64,000 nucleotides of DNA from Balanoglossus misakiensis (Eukaryota; Animalia; Hemichordata). The notes beneath the pieces were generated by a model. That model worked only from the letters and a program-made list of their open reading frames with translations, was not told where the DNA came from and did not search any database. The stretch spans positions 5,196,301 to 5,260,300 of the forward strand of contig CM082577.2 in the NCBI GenBank assembly GCA_040954595.2, read 5' to 3'. Below are positions 1-14,100 of this stretch, in pieces (the first letter of the stretch is position 1; each line of letters starts with the position of its first letter). The position numbers and the translations under genes were made by a program.

Positions 1-1845
1 CACCTACTAACTACAGTAGACCAGCAATGGCCATGAAGACAGGAAATTTATGTGAGAGGTGTGACATGAATAACAAAACAGGTGTTTCTCATCCGAGACG
101 CTGCATTATCATACGGAGTCCTGAAGGTATCACCTTCTTGAATTATTAATTTCTATTTCCTTGAACAGAAGACAAACGGGTGTGTCTCTTTCAAACTGGG
201 CAAAATTCAATAAAGACAAGGCGTTAAGAAAAAACATTATTTTTTGTTAATATTGTTGACATTTCTGTCTACTGACATTTTCGTTGAAATCAACACAATA
301 TCAACACCCTGCATACGACAGTTGTCTGTAACAACACGGGTATTTTGACATCAATTTTCATCATTTTATTGGGTCATTTTCGCAATTCAATGTGCTTTAC
401 AAACAATGTCTGTTTGTCACGCAATATTGTTTCAACTGTGACCTGTTGAATCCAGAAGCTATAAATCTCTCTTGGAAACGGCGCAGGTGATGATGCCATT
501 TTTCTTCATGCAAATTTGACTACCGTACTCTGTACACAGTGAATAGTATACACAGTGTATGTTTGGCCACAAACCCTGGGTATATTTGACTTTATGGTTG
601 TTTGATGTGCCCTGCTGTACATGTAGCTATCATAGTGACTGATAATGTGTTGACATTTAGGCCATACAAGGTGTCTACCAGAGTGTAACAGGAAGCAACG
701 GCAAGCATTTATAATAACGATGACTGGAATATAAAAATATTTGCCACAAGGCATGATTTCTTTTCCTCCTACTCTTCCCAGTTCCGAGATGAGGCCCCAG
801 GCCAAGCAAATAAAACCAGAACAATTGCGATATTTTTCAAGTTTAACCTGACATATGCTAATTTTTACCTGTTGACCCTAAACTTTTTAGTACCACCTAT
901 TAATTGTTTATAAACTTTAAAAAAATCAATTAGTTGAATAAATGGAAAAAAAATGCTGACCTACATATCCTACACATTTGTTGTTGTTTGGCTTTAGAAA
1001 CAGTCAATAGCATTCAATGAATCAATCAATCAAAACTATTTAAAAAGTGCCAATATCAATAAGTTCCTAGCTATTGCATACATGTACTGTGCTGTGCCAT
1101 CATTCTTCATGTTGGTAATGTGTACATGTACATATCCTTGTTTCATAAACATTTCCATGAACTATTAAATTTTAATAATTTATGAAAGGTTCTCTTTTTT
1201 AAATATAACTTAAAAATTTATATTCCCAATTTTCGAAAATTCAACCTTTTCTGTATTCAGCAGCCTGCAGTCTCACTGTCTGAGTGCGACTTTTCACCCA
1301 CTACACTTGATACTGTTCAAACTTACACAAAATTAAAATGCAACACAAGGAAAAAATAGCATGCCAGTAAAGTGGATCACGTTGATAACCTGCGAGAATA
1401 ATCGATAATTCATTGTGTAATATTGATCACTGCGATAAAAATATACAATTCTTGATTGACAATGCATATTCACTAAACATGCTAAAAGTGAATCATCCCT
1501 TTGTGAAGAGAAGTACATGTAAACTATGCTGATTCTGCTAGAAGTTCGATAATATTATTAAATACCGTGACGTGAGATCTGAGGGAGAACAAGGTACGCC
1601 TCGACAACTTCGGACAGTTCGAGCGCCCTTGATACGGAACGCGTCGTTCAGTGCTCAGCTGACAAAAGCAAATACTTTCAGCAAATAAACAAATAGAAAA
1701 GTTACCTCTGTCATATGGCGATCTCACACGATATGGTATCCTCATCATCATATCATTTTACAGGCCATTGGCATTCATGATTCTAACTTCAATATTTCCA
1801 AACGATGAAGATATAAACTTTCTACGCCGATCGAACTCAACTTAC

Positions 1846-2089
1846 CTTCGGACTCGTAAATAGTCATGTTAGGGTTGTGAAAGCACAGCCTCCACAGGCC
1901 AGCGTGTTGAACAACCAGCGGCAAGTCGCTGATGTCCGACACATTGAACTCGTTCCGATTTTCGTAAATGTCATAATTTGATGATACCCAATAGTCTGTT
2001 CCTATGGACGCACTCTGTAGGATCAGGGATAAAATTCCAGCGCAGAACGCCGAGTACATGGGCCAGCCCTTGCCGAGCGTCCCCGCCAT
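1846..2089 (-). CDS. Claudin/PMP22-superfamily (CACNG/TMEM114-like) tetraspan gene A, first coding exon; the rest of the gene runs toward or off the left edge
   Basis: ATG at 2089 in context caagATGG. Encodes TM1 (FCAGILSLILQSASI), then GTDYW...HAGLWRLC, the W-GLW-C claudin signature. Phase-1 donor AG|GTAAG at 1846/1845, the same phase and position as exon 1 of genes B and C. Confidence 0.85.
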
Positions 2090-4727
2090 CTTGCCAATGT
2101 TTATTTCACTCTCCCTATTCTGTTATTTGGGACCCCCTAAGCTCACTAAATTTGTGTGAATCAATGAAAGGTACGCCGCGCTGCGCGATCTCGATTTCAG
2201 GTGACACCCGTATCCAATTTCATGTGCGGTATAAAATGAAAAAGTTAAATATATGAAAAGCTGAATGGCGCAGGGGACTTTCCGCTTCCATCTCGCCATG
2301 TGTGCGTGCACACCGCGTAACCCGTACATATATAATACTTTTTTCAATTTGTTCAACACTTCACAGAACTGAAGTTCTCCGTCCATTTTACTTTAGTTTG
2401 TAAGAGGCTTTTATATTTTAACGAGGTTAATATCTCAAAGCGAATTTAAAAATAGCCATAAACATGCGACAACGTCGCTACCCCCACCCGTATGAGGAGA
2501 ATTTTAATCACATGAATAGGGAATAATTATTTACCCGCATTTGATTCATACCGAAAACGCCCTTCGACAACAACACTAACCGTGTACAAAAGCGTTTTAC
2601 TAACGAGTTTAAACTTCAAATTAATAACAGTAAATTTTGACTATTTTATTATTATGTTTATTCTGCGTGTCACATAGTTTCCTGTTCGACTTTCCAATGC
2701 ATGTGAGCACCAGTCCCACATTGAATTAAAGTCCGGACTTGCAATTCATCTGTCAGCAATAACAATGACACATATTTAGGCTACAAAGACAGCTGAAGGG
2801 ATTACCGTATTTTAGATTATACAATGATTTTTACAAGGTTGTGTAATTACTGTAGTGGACGACGACAACTGCCTGAGAGTCAAGGCCACGTTTTCAATTA
2901 CATGTACAAATTTCAAATGGCCACCTGTTGCATTTTTGAGTTACCCAGCAGTTGTATACAGCGCCCTCTATAGTTAGTAACACGTTTTGCGACCTATCTG
3001 AATCGTCGTTTGAACTGCAGCGCCACCATCGATTACGTTTTAATGTGCCCAGATGACGTCAATATATATGGTATTCTAAGAGAAAAAAAAGTATTTTTGA
3101 CAGCGAGGACGCACAGTTGGGTTTCAACAAACATCGATCTGACACAGCGGCATGCACCTATGCTGGCATGCAACAATTCAGATTATACCTGAATTTAATT
3201 TGCGGACATTAACAGTGTTGCCTTGAGAACTTCTGCGGTGGGCGTAGTATTCATTAGACAGCGCAAATTGGCAACTCGACCAACACAAGGCGTCCTCTTC
3301 ATTGTTACTGGAGTAATTTATTTTTTTTCTAATTATTCCGCGTGTGGTGGGTTCCAGGTACGGGTATTTCAACTCCATTTGACGTCCGCGCTGTTGTATT
3401 ACTATCGTTTACTGAGAGGCGGCGTAAGTTTTAACGTGTAGTGTGTCCAACGTTAGAAGCAGAGGGGTCTGGGTAAACCGAGACTAAAATATCACCCTAC
3501 TCGAATAAACAATGACAAAAATCTATTAGATCCCGATTTTATTGAACAAATGAGAAAATAGCGGTGTAAAAGACACTCTCCACACAGTATATCTTCATAA
3601 ATATTCATTTTCTTAAAATTATTAGAGTACGGTGTAAATATGTGACGTCTGAACATTGGTGTGACTAAATAGTAACCAGTTATATCCACCCATGTGTACA
3701 TTTGAAGAATCGAACTCTTACTGCATGCAAGGGTACTGTTGGTGATCCAAGACACGTTGGACTATACGAATTAGCATAGTCTTTGAGGTTCTGGTCACCA
3801 TCATGTGTTAGTCGACGAATACACGAAATAAACACCAATTACATCATTCGCTGATGATGTGTAAATGAGACTACTACAGCATATCGTCATTCAAAGTGAT
3901 AACACATCAAGTATACATGTCAAAAATATTGAATGCGATACTTAAAACAAGTATTAATTCATTTCAAGTATAGACCCTCCCCAGGGTCCGTGTTTTAAGT
4001 AAATCGTCATCTTTCAAACCACTTATTCCAAATAAACTGACCACTTAGTGGCAGATTTGTGGATTACACCTTCAAAACTCCATCATGTCAGATTTGCATT
4101 AATTTTAAAAGTTCTGATACTTGAGGGCGCACTACGATCGAGTTTGAACATGATGCTCCGAGTTGTTGGTTACGCCAACGTCCCGAAGAAGGTGACGTTG
4201 TCCGATCTAAACCTTTCACGCCCCCCCCCCCCCCGAGCACCATCCATCAAGTTCCGCTGTTTTCCATGAAGAGCAAACAATATACAAATAGAAAACCTGG
4301 TGCTTATTGAAATACGGAAACAATTATATTTTTACGCAAACAGTTATTAATAATAGATATTCATTCAAAACGACGAAATCAATTTGCAATTTAATAATGT
4401 AAGAGACGTCAGAGTTTCGATTTCTGTGCTGAAAACGTTTCAGCAAAACTGCCCATGATAGCTACGTGAAACTGAAATCATCTTTTTCCCTCACCGGGTA
4501 AAGCAGACGTGTACGGTCTCCGTTAATTTTCCGGCAGATTACCAATATTCACGGTCAAGTTTCATTCATACATTTACGTTTCAGAAACCCATGTTGTTCC
4601 ATTGACAATTGCTTCTGTTAGTATTCCCAATGTCCTGTCAACACGTTGCACCACGTGGTTTGTAGGTGACGAACAGACACACGTACAGATAGACATGCAA
4701 GCTTAGACATAGCATAAGCAGGCGAAT

Positions 4728-4980
<253 letters not shown>

Positions 4981-5102
4981 GGCTGAACGAATGTAGTATC
5001 ATTTATAACATTAAAATAATGATTTTCCGGGTTGAAAACCAAACTATTCTCCTGAAATAGCTCGGTTATTATTGCCATGTAAATATTCGTATTGCCTCCC
5101 TG

Positions 5103-8100
5103 TCAGACAGGCACAGCCGTCAGGTCATTCTCTCTGTATCTGTCACTACACACAAACATAGTGATATCCAAAATGGCGGCCAGCGCTGACAGGCTAAATC
5201 CCAACCACGCCATGGTGAACGACGAGCCGTAGCCCCAGGAAATTTGCCACTCGGGGCCCAGTTCAATAAACATCGCGGTTTCGATAGAGCCATTTGCTGT
5301 GATAAACATTGCATGTCCCACCATCATGAAGAGATCTGAAATACAGGAGAGAGAGAGAAACACGCAACCCGTCAGTTTGGGACAAATAAATGAACTGGTC
5401 AGAATTTGACAGCTTCTGGCTGTATTGTGATATTATCTCCCCCTTTCCTAGATTTTGTAAATTAGAGGATGCATCTGTTCCAACGGTCTCCCATTTTTCT
5501 CACGAAAGGGGTACGCGTGTTCTTTTTTGTTGGAGAGTCCCGGAAAATGTGTATCTTGAAATTCCGAGGAAGGATCATGTATACCCTTTCCCCGAGAACA
5601 GAAATGTATTTTCTAGACTATCATGTACATGCCATTTATTATTTTATATAAGAAAAGGCAAAGTAGCTTGATGGTGCCATTGAATCCAAGACGATACTGA
5701 TAATCGCGCATCAATCATCCCTACTTAGGAGTTTAGATGTCACAATGTCTTGATAGCCTGCCCAACGGACCCATGCACACTTAACGTATTATGCCCAAAT
5801 CACATGGGATTTAGGGAGTTGACAACGGCCGGATTTCCCGTTTCAGAAATACTTCCTGTAAAAGCCTTAAATTCGCTGAAAAATACCTCCGTCTGTTTAT
5901 AATGCAATATTGTATGCGGTCGTTATGGATATGTAACCGTAATGGATAGTAGATTGTCATTTTTTCTTTTGCAACGACAATGATGATCACGCACATGTTT
6001 TCATGAATAATTCAAATAGATTATTGTGTGTGTGCTATCAATAGTATATTTTTGTTCAATGGATAACTTTTTTAAAAATGTACTTTAGTGTGCGCCTTTA
6101 AAGTTATCAATAAAATCTTTACCTGTGTATACACAGGCTAAGCAAACCTTTAACTCTTCTATATTTTACACATCAGAATAAAATCAGCCTCTAATATTTT
6201 GGTAAATACCATCGAAGTAGCTGACATTAGTCCATACTGGAAATTCAAAATGGCCACTAACTGGAAATTGAAAATGGACGCCAATCTCTGTGTTGACTCT
6301 TTGAGGAAATTTAAAATATCCAGTGGTCTCTGAATCTACCTTCGTGAATCTATATATACTATTAAAGAATCGGATACAAATTCTTGCACGTCAAATATAC
6401 CCCAGATAAAATGATTAATTTCGCCAGTCTGCATTCGAAGGTGACGAAATAAAAACCTTGTGTGCAACAACTCCCAAGCGACTGTGCATACCCATGGAAA
6501 CCAATGTGTGTGTGGTGGACTGTATGCATGACCTCGATCCGATGACAATAGTGTCCAATAACGAAGACGAGGTTACGACACGCACATCACAGGCTGTCAT
6601 TCGATACGTACCATCATGCAACACAAACACCAACAAGCCTGCAAACAAACCACTTTCAATTCCTGCAATTTTTTCCCTGCCGCAATTCAATCTTGTAAGT
6701 TTTCGGGGCTGCAATTTAATATTGCAAGACACTAAACGGCGGCACCTTCCACTCCCTCGTCAACCGTAATGGCCCCTGACTCAGCGAAAGCAAATTACCG
6801 CGACCCCGGCAATTTGAGGCAATTACGAACACCAAAAATCGATTATGGGATGGTGGTTGGAAAATCAGGGGTATATCTGATGACATTTGGGATATGGATG
6901 CTAAGCTACCCGCGAGTAGCGTACACCATTGAGCAATTTCTTAATGTACACTAACAGCCCACGTAATGCATACTCATGTATTGTCTGGTCAATTCTCAGT
7001 GTAGATGGTACAAGATATTTCACTTTTCTTTGGGACGTAATTGCACCAAACGATACATTTGAAATTGTGGCGACCTGTTACACGGGCCAACCTGTCACTC
7101 GCTTCTCAAGTCTGACAGGAAAAACGGAGAATGCAGAAGAACACAAAAGCTGCAGCAGTTGTCCTGTCCATATCGAAAATGCCACGCTGTTGCCAATTAT
7201 TCATCTTGATCAGTGAGCATACCACACGTGATTAGCAAAACCAATATTTACACTTTTATGATGACTATACATTCGTATTGTTATCAAAATAAGCCTAAGT
7301 ACATTTGCTTTCAAGAACTTTCAAATTAAAAATAAAATAAGAACAGGGTATTATTTATAGATCGCCTTGTAGCATCCCTTTGTCTCCTGCCCAGAACGCT
7401 AATTGGAATTGTACACTAAAATGGCCTTATGCATTCATTGAACTCACACGTACAATACGTACCAGCTAAATGTATTTACAAATATCACCGTGTTTACAAA
7501 ATAATTTTAAATGGTTTAATTTTTGAAAAGAAAACAAGGGCTGGACCTAAACTGATGTTGTTTTGGAGGATTAAACATGAAAACCGCGATAGTACTTATG
7601 AACCTATTTGATTACCTTGGCCTCGGTGAGCGCTTTTAGGTGAACCAGCCAAGCGGAGAATGCGCAGTAAGAGAGCAGGAAACACGCATTTCTAAAGTTC
7701 TTTTGCCATTTGCAGGCGACAATTAACAGCGCACTTTTCTCATTTTCAGGACAATCATCTTTTTCTTCTCGAGGAAATTCAGCCATATGGGCGGAACATT
7801 CCGCTTCAAGTATCCACAGAAACTGTTATAAATGGACACTTTAATAATCTCTTCGTCTTTGAAAGTTAATCGTGTCTTAATTGTTGCACAGGCACTGTGT
7901 CCTTGTGGTTGACATTGTATACGGTGTTATCCAAGCCTTGATTCTCTTCATGGCAGACTTTGTGTACGGGCCGCTCATATAACACAGCATATTTTATAAC
8001 TCATCGATTTGCTTACGTGCATGCGCAGTGGAAGTGTCCAGTCCACCTGACTCGCAATGGCAGTCCCCGTATAAAATGCATTTTGGATATCTCGGTATCA

Positions 8101-11100
8101 CGGCTGTGGCATATGAGATACGGCCGACTTTCGGTGACGCAATTTCTTTGTGATAATAAAAGATTGATTACTTCCAACCATATCATTTTCACGGCATCAA
8201 ACATACATGTATATACTGTCAATATTGCGTACTTTATCGATTTACGCGCCGCTGACCTGTTAACATCGAGGTCCTATGCACTCGCGTATCACACGAACGC
8301 CATGCGAGAAAACATACAGCCTGTCGACTACTTGGAAAGTGAAAATGAGTCAATAACACTGAATCTTCACGATTACGACGAACGCGGTCGTCGTGATCAC
8401 AGATTGTTCCGTTTGATAACAAGGTGCTCAGCTGATAATTTGACATGACTTGAATACTAGTTGATGAACAGCAGCTCAAATGGTAAATGATATTGGACCT
8501 TTACTCTAATTACAGCATCAATGTGATTAATATTTTGCCGACAAAATTGCATCACGACAGACGCAATAAATTTACCTGTAATTTGGTTTTACAGTAGCAG
8601 AGAATGACCAATACCGATATTCGAATATAACACAGCTGAAATGGCCCGCGAGGACAGTAAATTTGGTTAATCTAGGAGAAAATGACAAAGCTGGCATGCA
8701 TTTTAGAGATTTTAATTGGTTAACTTATTGATATTACGGAAGTATAAGTACGAAATCCATTGCGTTTTCTCGTTGGACTGGTGATATCTTGTTCTGGTAT
8801 TTGTCACGCACAAAATACAATAAACTGACCTGGCTTAATGAATAAAACGATTAATCTCCGACAACTAATCAATTTAAACGTCGAGGTTTTGCTTTTGATC
8901 GACCATTTAATGAATATGAACATTCTGTCGGATTAATAATGAAGAAATGAAACAATGGCGTGCACAGTGCCTGGCATAGAAATTCATCAACGGCTACAGG
9001 CTATTAGCGGTTAATATTACGTAATTGAACATTATTTTACGAATAACGACCGCTTTAACGCCAGAATATTACACGCATACATGAGCAGCCGGACCATATC
9101 ATCCAATTATTGCTGACTTTGGAGACAAAAGGTTACATGGCCATAACAACAACGACAAAATTCTCTCAAAATGATTTCTCCGTACTTTCGAGAGCACCTT
9201 ACTGACTTCCACACCAGCATATTTGCATGACAGAATGACAGTTGCCACTAAACTATCCCAAGTTGCGCTCGATGGCAATGTATTAACACCCACGGCTGTC
9301 ATTCCTATGAAAGAAGGCCTGCCCCCACCGAGTAATGACAGTCTAGCTTTACAGTTTGTCGTGTGGCGTGTCAAGGGACGAATTCTTTCCATTGATAGCA
9401 CGCGATAATTAATGTCATCGCCGATGGCGGTGTCATGGCTCGTACAACGGAAGCCGAGAACACTAATGCACCCAAAACCTCACTTTAAAAGCTTGCTTTC
9501 ACAGCCTGGTTTTAAATTCTAGACTATATAAAAAAATTGTGTTGGGTATAATCAATATGGAGATGACGTCAACATTATCATGACAACATGACAATCGGTC
9601 GCTCGAGGACAAAAAGACTTCCCTTGAGCTACCAGCTATTATTGATTATATGCGATTCAACTTAGCTGGTGACTAAAGCTCCGTAGATGTCACCCGCTCC
9701 TCTCTCGCGCATGAGCAGAAAAGGTCCAATCAAATTTTAAAAAGAACAGCTCCAAGAGCTCAGAGTATCCTGCCTTGGTAGGATGCATTCCACACTACAA
9801 AAACACACATAACCACTAAAAATGGCGTCGTTGCTGTTTTATTGCTTGGAACTCAAAATAACAACCTGTTGCTGTAATTACTGCGGTTGATGATTGCTGC
9901 TCAATTTCTGTTATAATCAGTTGGGTGTGCAAATCTTCAGGTCTGATCTTGTTTTGAAAGGTCTGTGTAGTTCCCAAAATACACCGAGATTGTTGAAGAA
10001 TTACTCGTTTGCAAATAAACGTCATTTTAACGTTTCAGGTTGAGCAGCCATCTTGAAATCGTCCGGGGAAATATGGCCTCCGTCAATATGAATGACCTTG
10101 CACGCAGCATGGCCCCGAAATACCGAACCACGTTCGAAGATAGATTAAATAATTATATTCATATGTTTACATGCTTTGGATACAGTGACTGGTTCGAGCG
10201 GATGAATGTTTTGGTTGTGTATGAGCTAGAGCAAAAAACTTAGCGTTCGTCATTTTATACTGGAGCAGGTCTAGTTCCTCAAGTTTGGCTAGTGCGTGGT
10301 AAACTACAGATTGCAGCAGACGAGAGAGCATTTAGGAAGCATTAATCCTCTCTGCTTATAATTAAAAGCGGCATATTTTCTGCCCCAGCGGATACAGCTT
10401 CTTCATCGCCGATGACGTCAGGGGAATCACTCTTCGGAGCAGCTGTTCGCTCCGTGCAGGCATCGTCCAACGACCGTGACACAAACACTATTCCGCTTTT
10501 TATTCATTGGAATGATGGTCGCGAGTAGTAATGCATATCGAACATTAAAAATGTAAATCTTGTAGAACATCTTGCTCCGCGCATACGTTTTAATTTCCTT
10601 TCAATTGAGACAGCGAACGCCCTTTACTCATTTTACTTACCAAAAGAGTACATGTTAATTGTGGCAAAAATGGACGGATCTGACCGATTTTAATTCGATC
10701 TTCAGGAGGCAATGGTCACAGGTTTCGACTCTCAAAATACGTGACATGAGAGAGGAGGGGAGAGAGAGCATGGGGTGTAGAAAGAGAGCAAGAGGGGAGA
10801 AAGGGGAGAGAATTATGACTTCTTGCTATAAAGAATCGATTGCGATCGAGTTCTCCACATTACGTTGAACCACTCTTCCCAAAATCAAATCCACCCCACC
10901 CCCAAGGTCAATAACATAATCACCGACCACCTTACCTGCCATGGCCTCCGTGACGCCCGCTAGCAGTGTAGGTAACGGCATCTTCTTGATCCAGCCTATG
11001 GTTGCTATGACGCTTGCAAAAAATATAGCTACGGTACACACCAACTCGAACGCGATGACGGACTTCCATTGGTCTGTAGGAGAGAGAAAAAAGGCGCATA

Positions 11101-14100
11101 GATAAGAAAAGAATTTTATTTTTTGTCGAATTATTCAAATTCTATCCACGGTCACTAGCCTCAGACAGTGAAATGTGGTATATATGCGCCACCAAGCAGC
11201 ACCACAAATACTAAACTTTTTGCATGTCTTCCCTTCTAATTCATGAACAACAGAACTCAGAAAAAATAAATAAATCAACGAATCTTGCCGCACTTGTACG
11301 TCTTTAGGTGTTAGAGCGGCCGACCGTGAAACAAATAAAACGCAAAAATCACGTTAACGCCGTTAATGCCGTAAAATTTTACACTCGAGAAGGAAAGCTA
11401 TGTAGAATTACCCCCACGTCGATTAACAAATGACGTCATCTCCTCATTTACAAAAAAAGTGACAATCTACTGGGAGACTTCAATGCTCCATTAACTTTAA
11501 CCGGTGCTCTTTTTTTCTGTATCTTTTCCCTGGAAATCCACTCCAGTTTCCCCATTTGTCTGTCTAAGGCAAGATGGAGTGCCCATTCCTTAGCTATAGT
11601 CAGCTAAACTTTAGTTTGGAATATACTATAATAGTAATTCATTTGTCAACGATAACAGTGGTCGTTACACATACACAGGCTACGTTGACAAGCAAAGTAC
11701 TGGAAATTTTATAATGCTCCACGGAAAAGAAATCAAGCAATTGGAGATAACATGCAGGTCAAGGTTTGGTGACTGTAGTGTGAGATGGGCCCCACCCAAG
11801 TTTGACGGCTGGGCAGTGTTCGTTGGCATGGCAAGTGTGAGACGCGGCACTGCAGGAGCTTGAGTTGGCATGGCAACTAGTTTGAGTTGACGTGGTAAGT
11901 GTCAAGGTAGGAGTGAAATTCGTCTGTACCCGATAAACGGCGCCAGTGTCTTTGGTTTTTTACCCGCAATATATTTTGGAAAAAAAGGTAACAACATTAA
12001 GATGTGTAAAATTATATGCAAATAAAACATAATTGCTTCAAGTCGCCCTGCGTTTTTCGTGTCCATCGGCAAGACATGAGCTTTAATAACTCATTTGACA
12101 CCCTATTTATCAGAAGTGTAAAACCAATCAAAGAATTTGCAACGGTGATCGCTCCCTCATTAATGATTTAATCCCCAACCAGTTTTGTCACGACTCAAAG
12201 AAATGTAGGCGGGTACTACTTGACCACATTACACCGCTGACCGATTTTCTTTTGAAGTCGCGTATTCAAAATTAATGCGCGCAGCACTACATTCTAATTA
12301 TAGCTTTCAATATAGTGGGGGGAAAACATTACACAGGAGAAATGGTTTGACGAAACCGGCGCTACGTAATATCGGAGTTATTAAACTTGCGCCGTAATAT
12401 TCACGTGTCTCGCCAACGGCTCCCCACTTATAAAATTACTTGTGTATTGATTAAGTTAGCATTACGTAGGTCTGTTTTATTCTTATCTACGTTATTGCAT
12501 ATTTAACAAGAGCACGCGCGCTTTTCACATCAACTATTTTAATAACGGCATGAAATTTACTTCTTTCCAAAAAGGTTTTGACATTTTTACATTGTGTGAT
12601 TACTTTATCTATTGCGGACTTCTTTAAACATAACTTTATGTAAAGTTTTGAAACATTTCTCATAAAATTTTATTACTGGAGAATGCTGAATCGATTAAAA
12701 TAGCCTTGAATGTTAGCTGAACAGAGAGCAAAACACTGAACATGATTTTAGATGATTAAGACTTCGGATTTGAACAGACTCGAAGTCGCCGAACTTTCTG
12801 ACTTTATCCGGGTCACAGACGTTTGTAAATTGGCCTGTATTTGTGAAATTTGCGCGGCAAAGCATCTCTTTATTAATAGCCATCATAGAGCCACTTTAAT
12901 GAAAGGCTTAAAAAGCAATTCAGGAAATTACTTCGAAGCCGCTACAATTCATCGTTATATATTGTTGTCGTGAAACTCTATAAGGTTGAGATCATACAGG
13001 GGGTCAAATATAAAGATTAGATTTGGGTCACTAGTAATAAGGACCGCGTGACAAACACAAAAACATGCGCGATTACCGTAACCGATGTGGTGGGTTTCAG
13101 TGTAGGGTGCATGTGAACCCACATAGCGCTGTTTTGGCGACTCGTGGCGATCAAGGCGCCATGCGCCATGTCTACGTCTGTGGTGCCCACCCCCGTACAC
13201 GCATATTGATATCCTGGGGCTACACACACTAACCACGGCTGGATTAGCTCCAACTTTTCACTGTGTTTTCAGTATTTACATGATTTTGCGTACCCACTGC
13301 AGTTTCTTGATCAAATTTCTGAAGTATCATGGAATACCCAGCATTTAGCTTATCAGCACAACCTATATGCGCATGGTCAGCGTTGTTCGTTGCGCAAAAT
13401 TTGAATTCAAGTCCGGACTAGAATTCACTTCTGAACAATGCTTGTTACACGGACTGCGTTCACAAGCGTTTCTGCGTGTTCCTATCAGTCATCGCTCGTA
13501 ACTACAGGCACATAACTAAAATTGATTTCATCTAGGCAGGCAATATTCCGAAACATCAATTGTTAATACCTATTTCTCTGCACGTCCGGGGTATTTGGTC
13601 TGTTGTGTAATAAAAACCTCACATAAATGATCAGTGGTACTGTGACCCATATTAACTTTCCAGTATAATGGCAGTCGCCATGTTTTGATGTGGATAAACA
13701 AAACCAATACTAAACAAGGGAAGGTAATCGTAATCATGTTCTAGTAATCATGTTAATTTGTTGACTGATGAACCGCGTACACATTATTACTAAATCTCGT
13801 AATATTCGGCCCGAAATTTCAACCGCAGATCGATGTTTTTGCTCCGTAAATCGTCTCTTCCGAGCGTCGTTAATCGTAATTCACGGACCGATGTAATTTT
13901 GTGTTGTTTTGATGCGCATGTGATTAATATTACCGATAAGGAAAGCATGGCAATTTTTCCCCCTCCATCCCACACAAAGCACACATGATAAAAATCTAAT
14001 CATCCTTAATGGCACTGGCGATCCACTACAATGTCAGAAATGATCCGATCTCCACGTTTCCCACGCAAACACTGTTCTTTGATGCAAGATTGATATGTTC

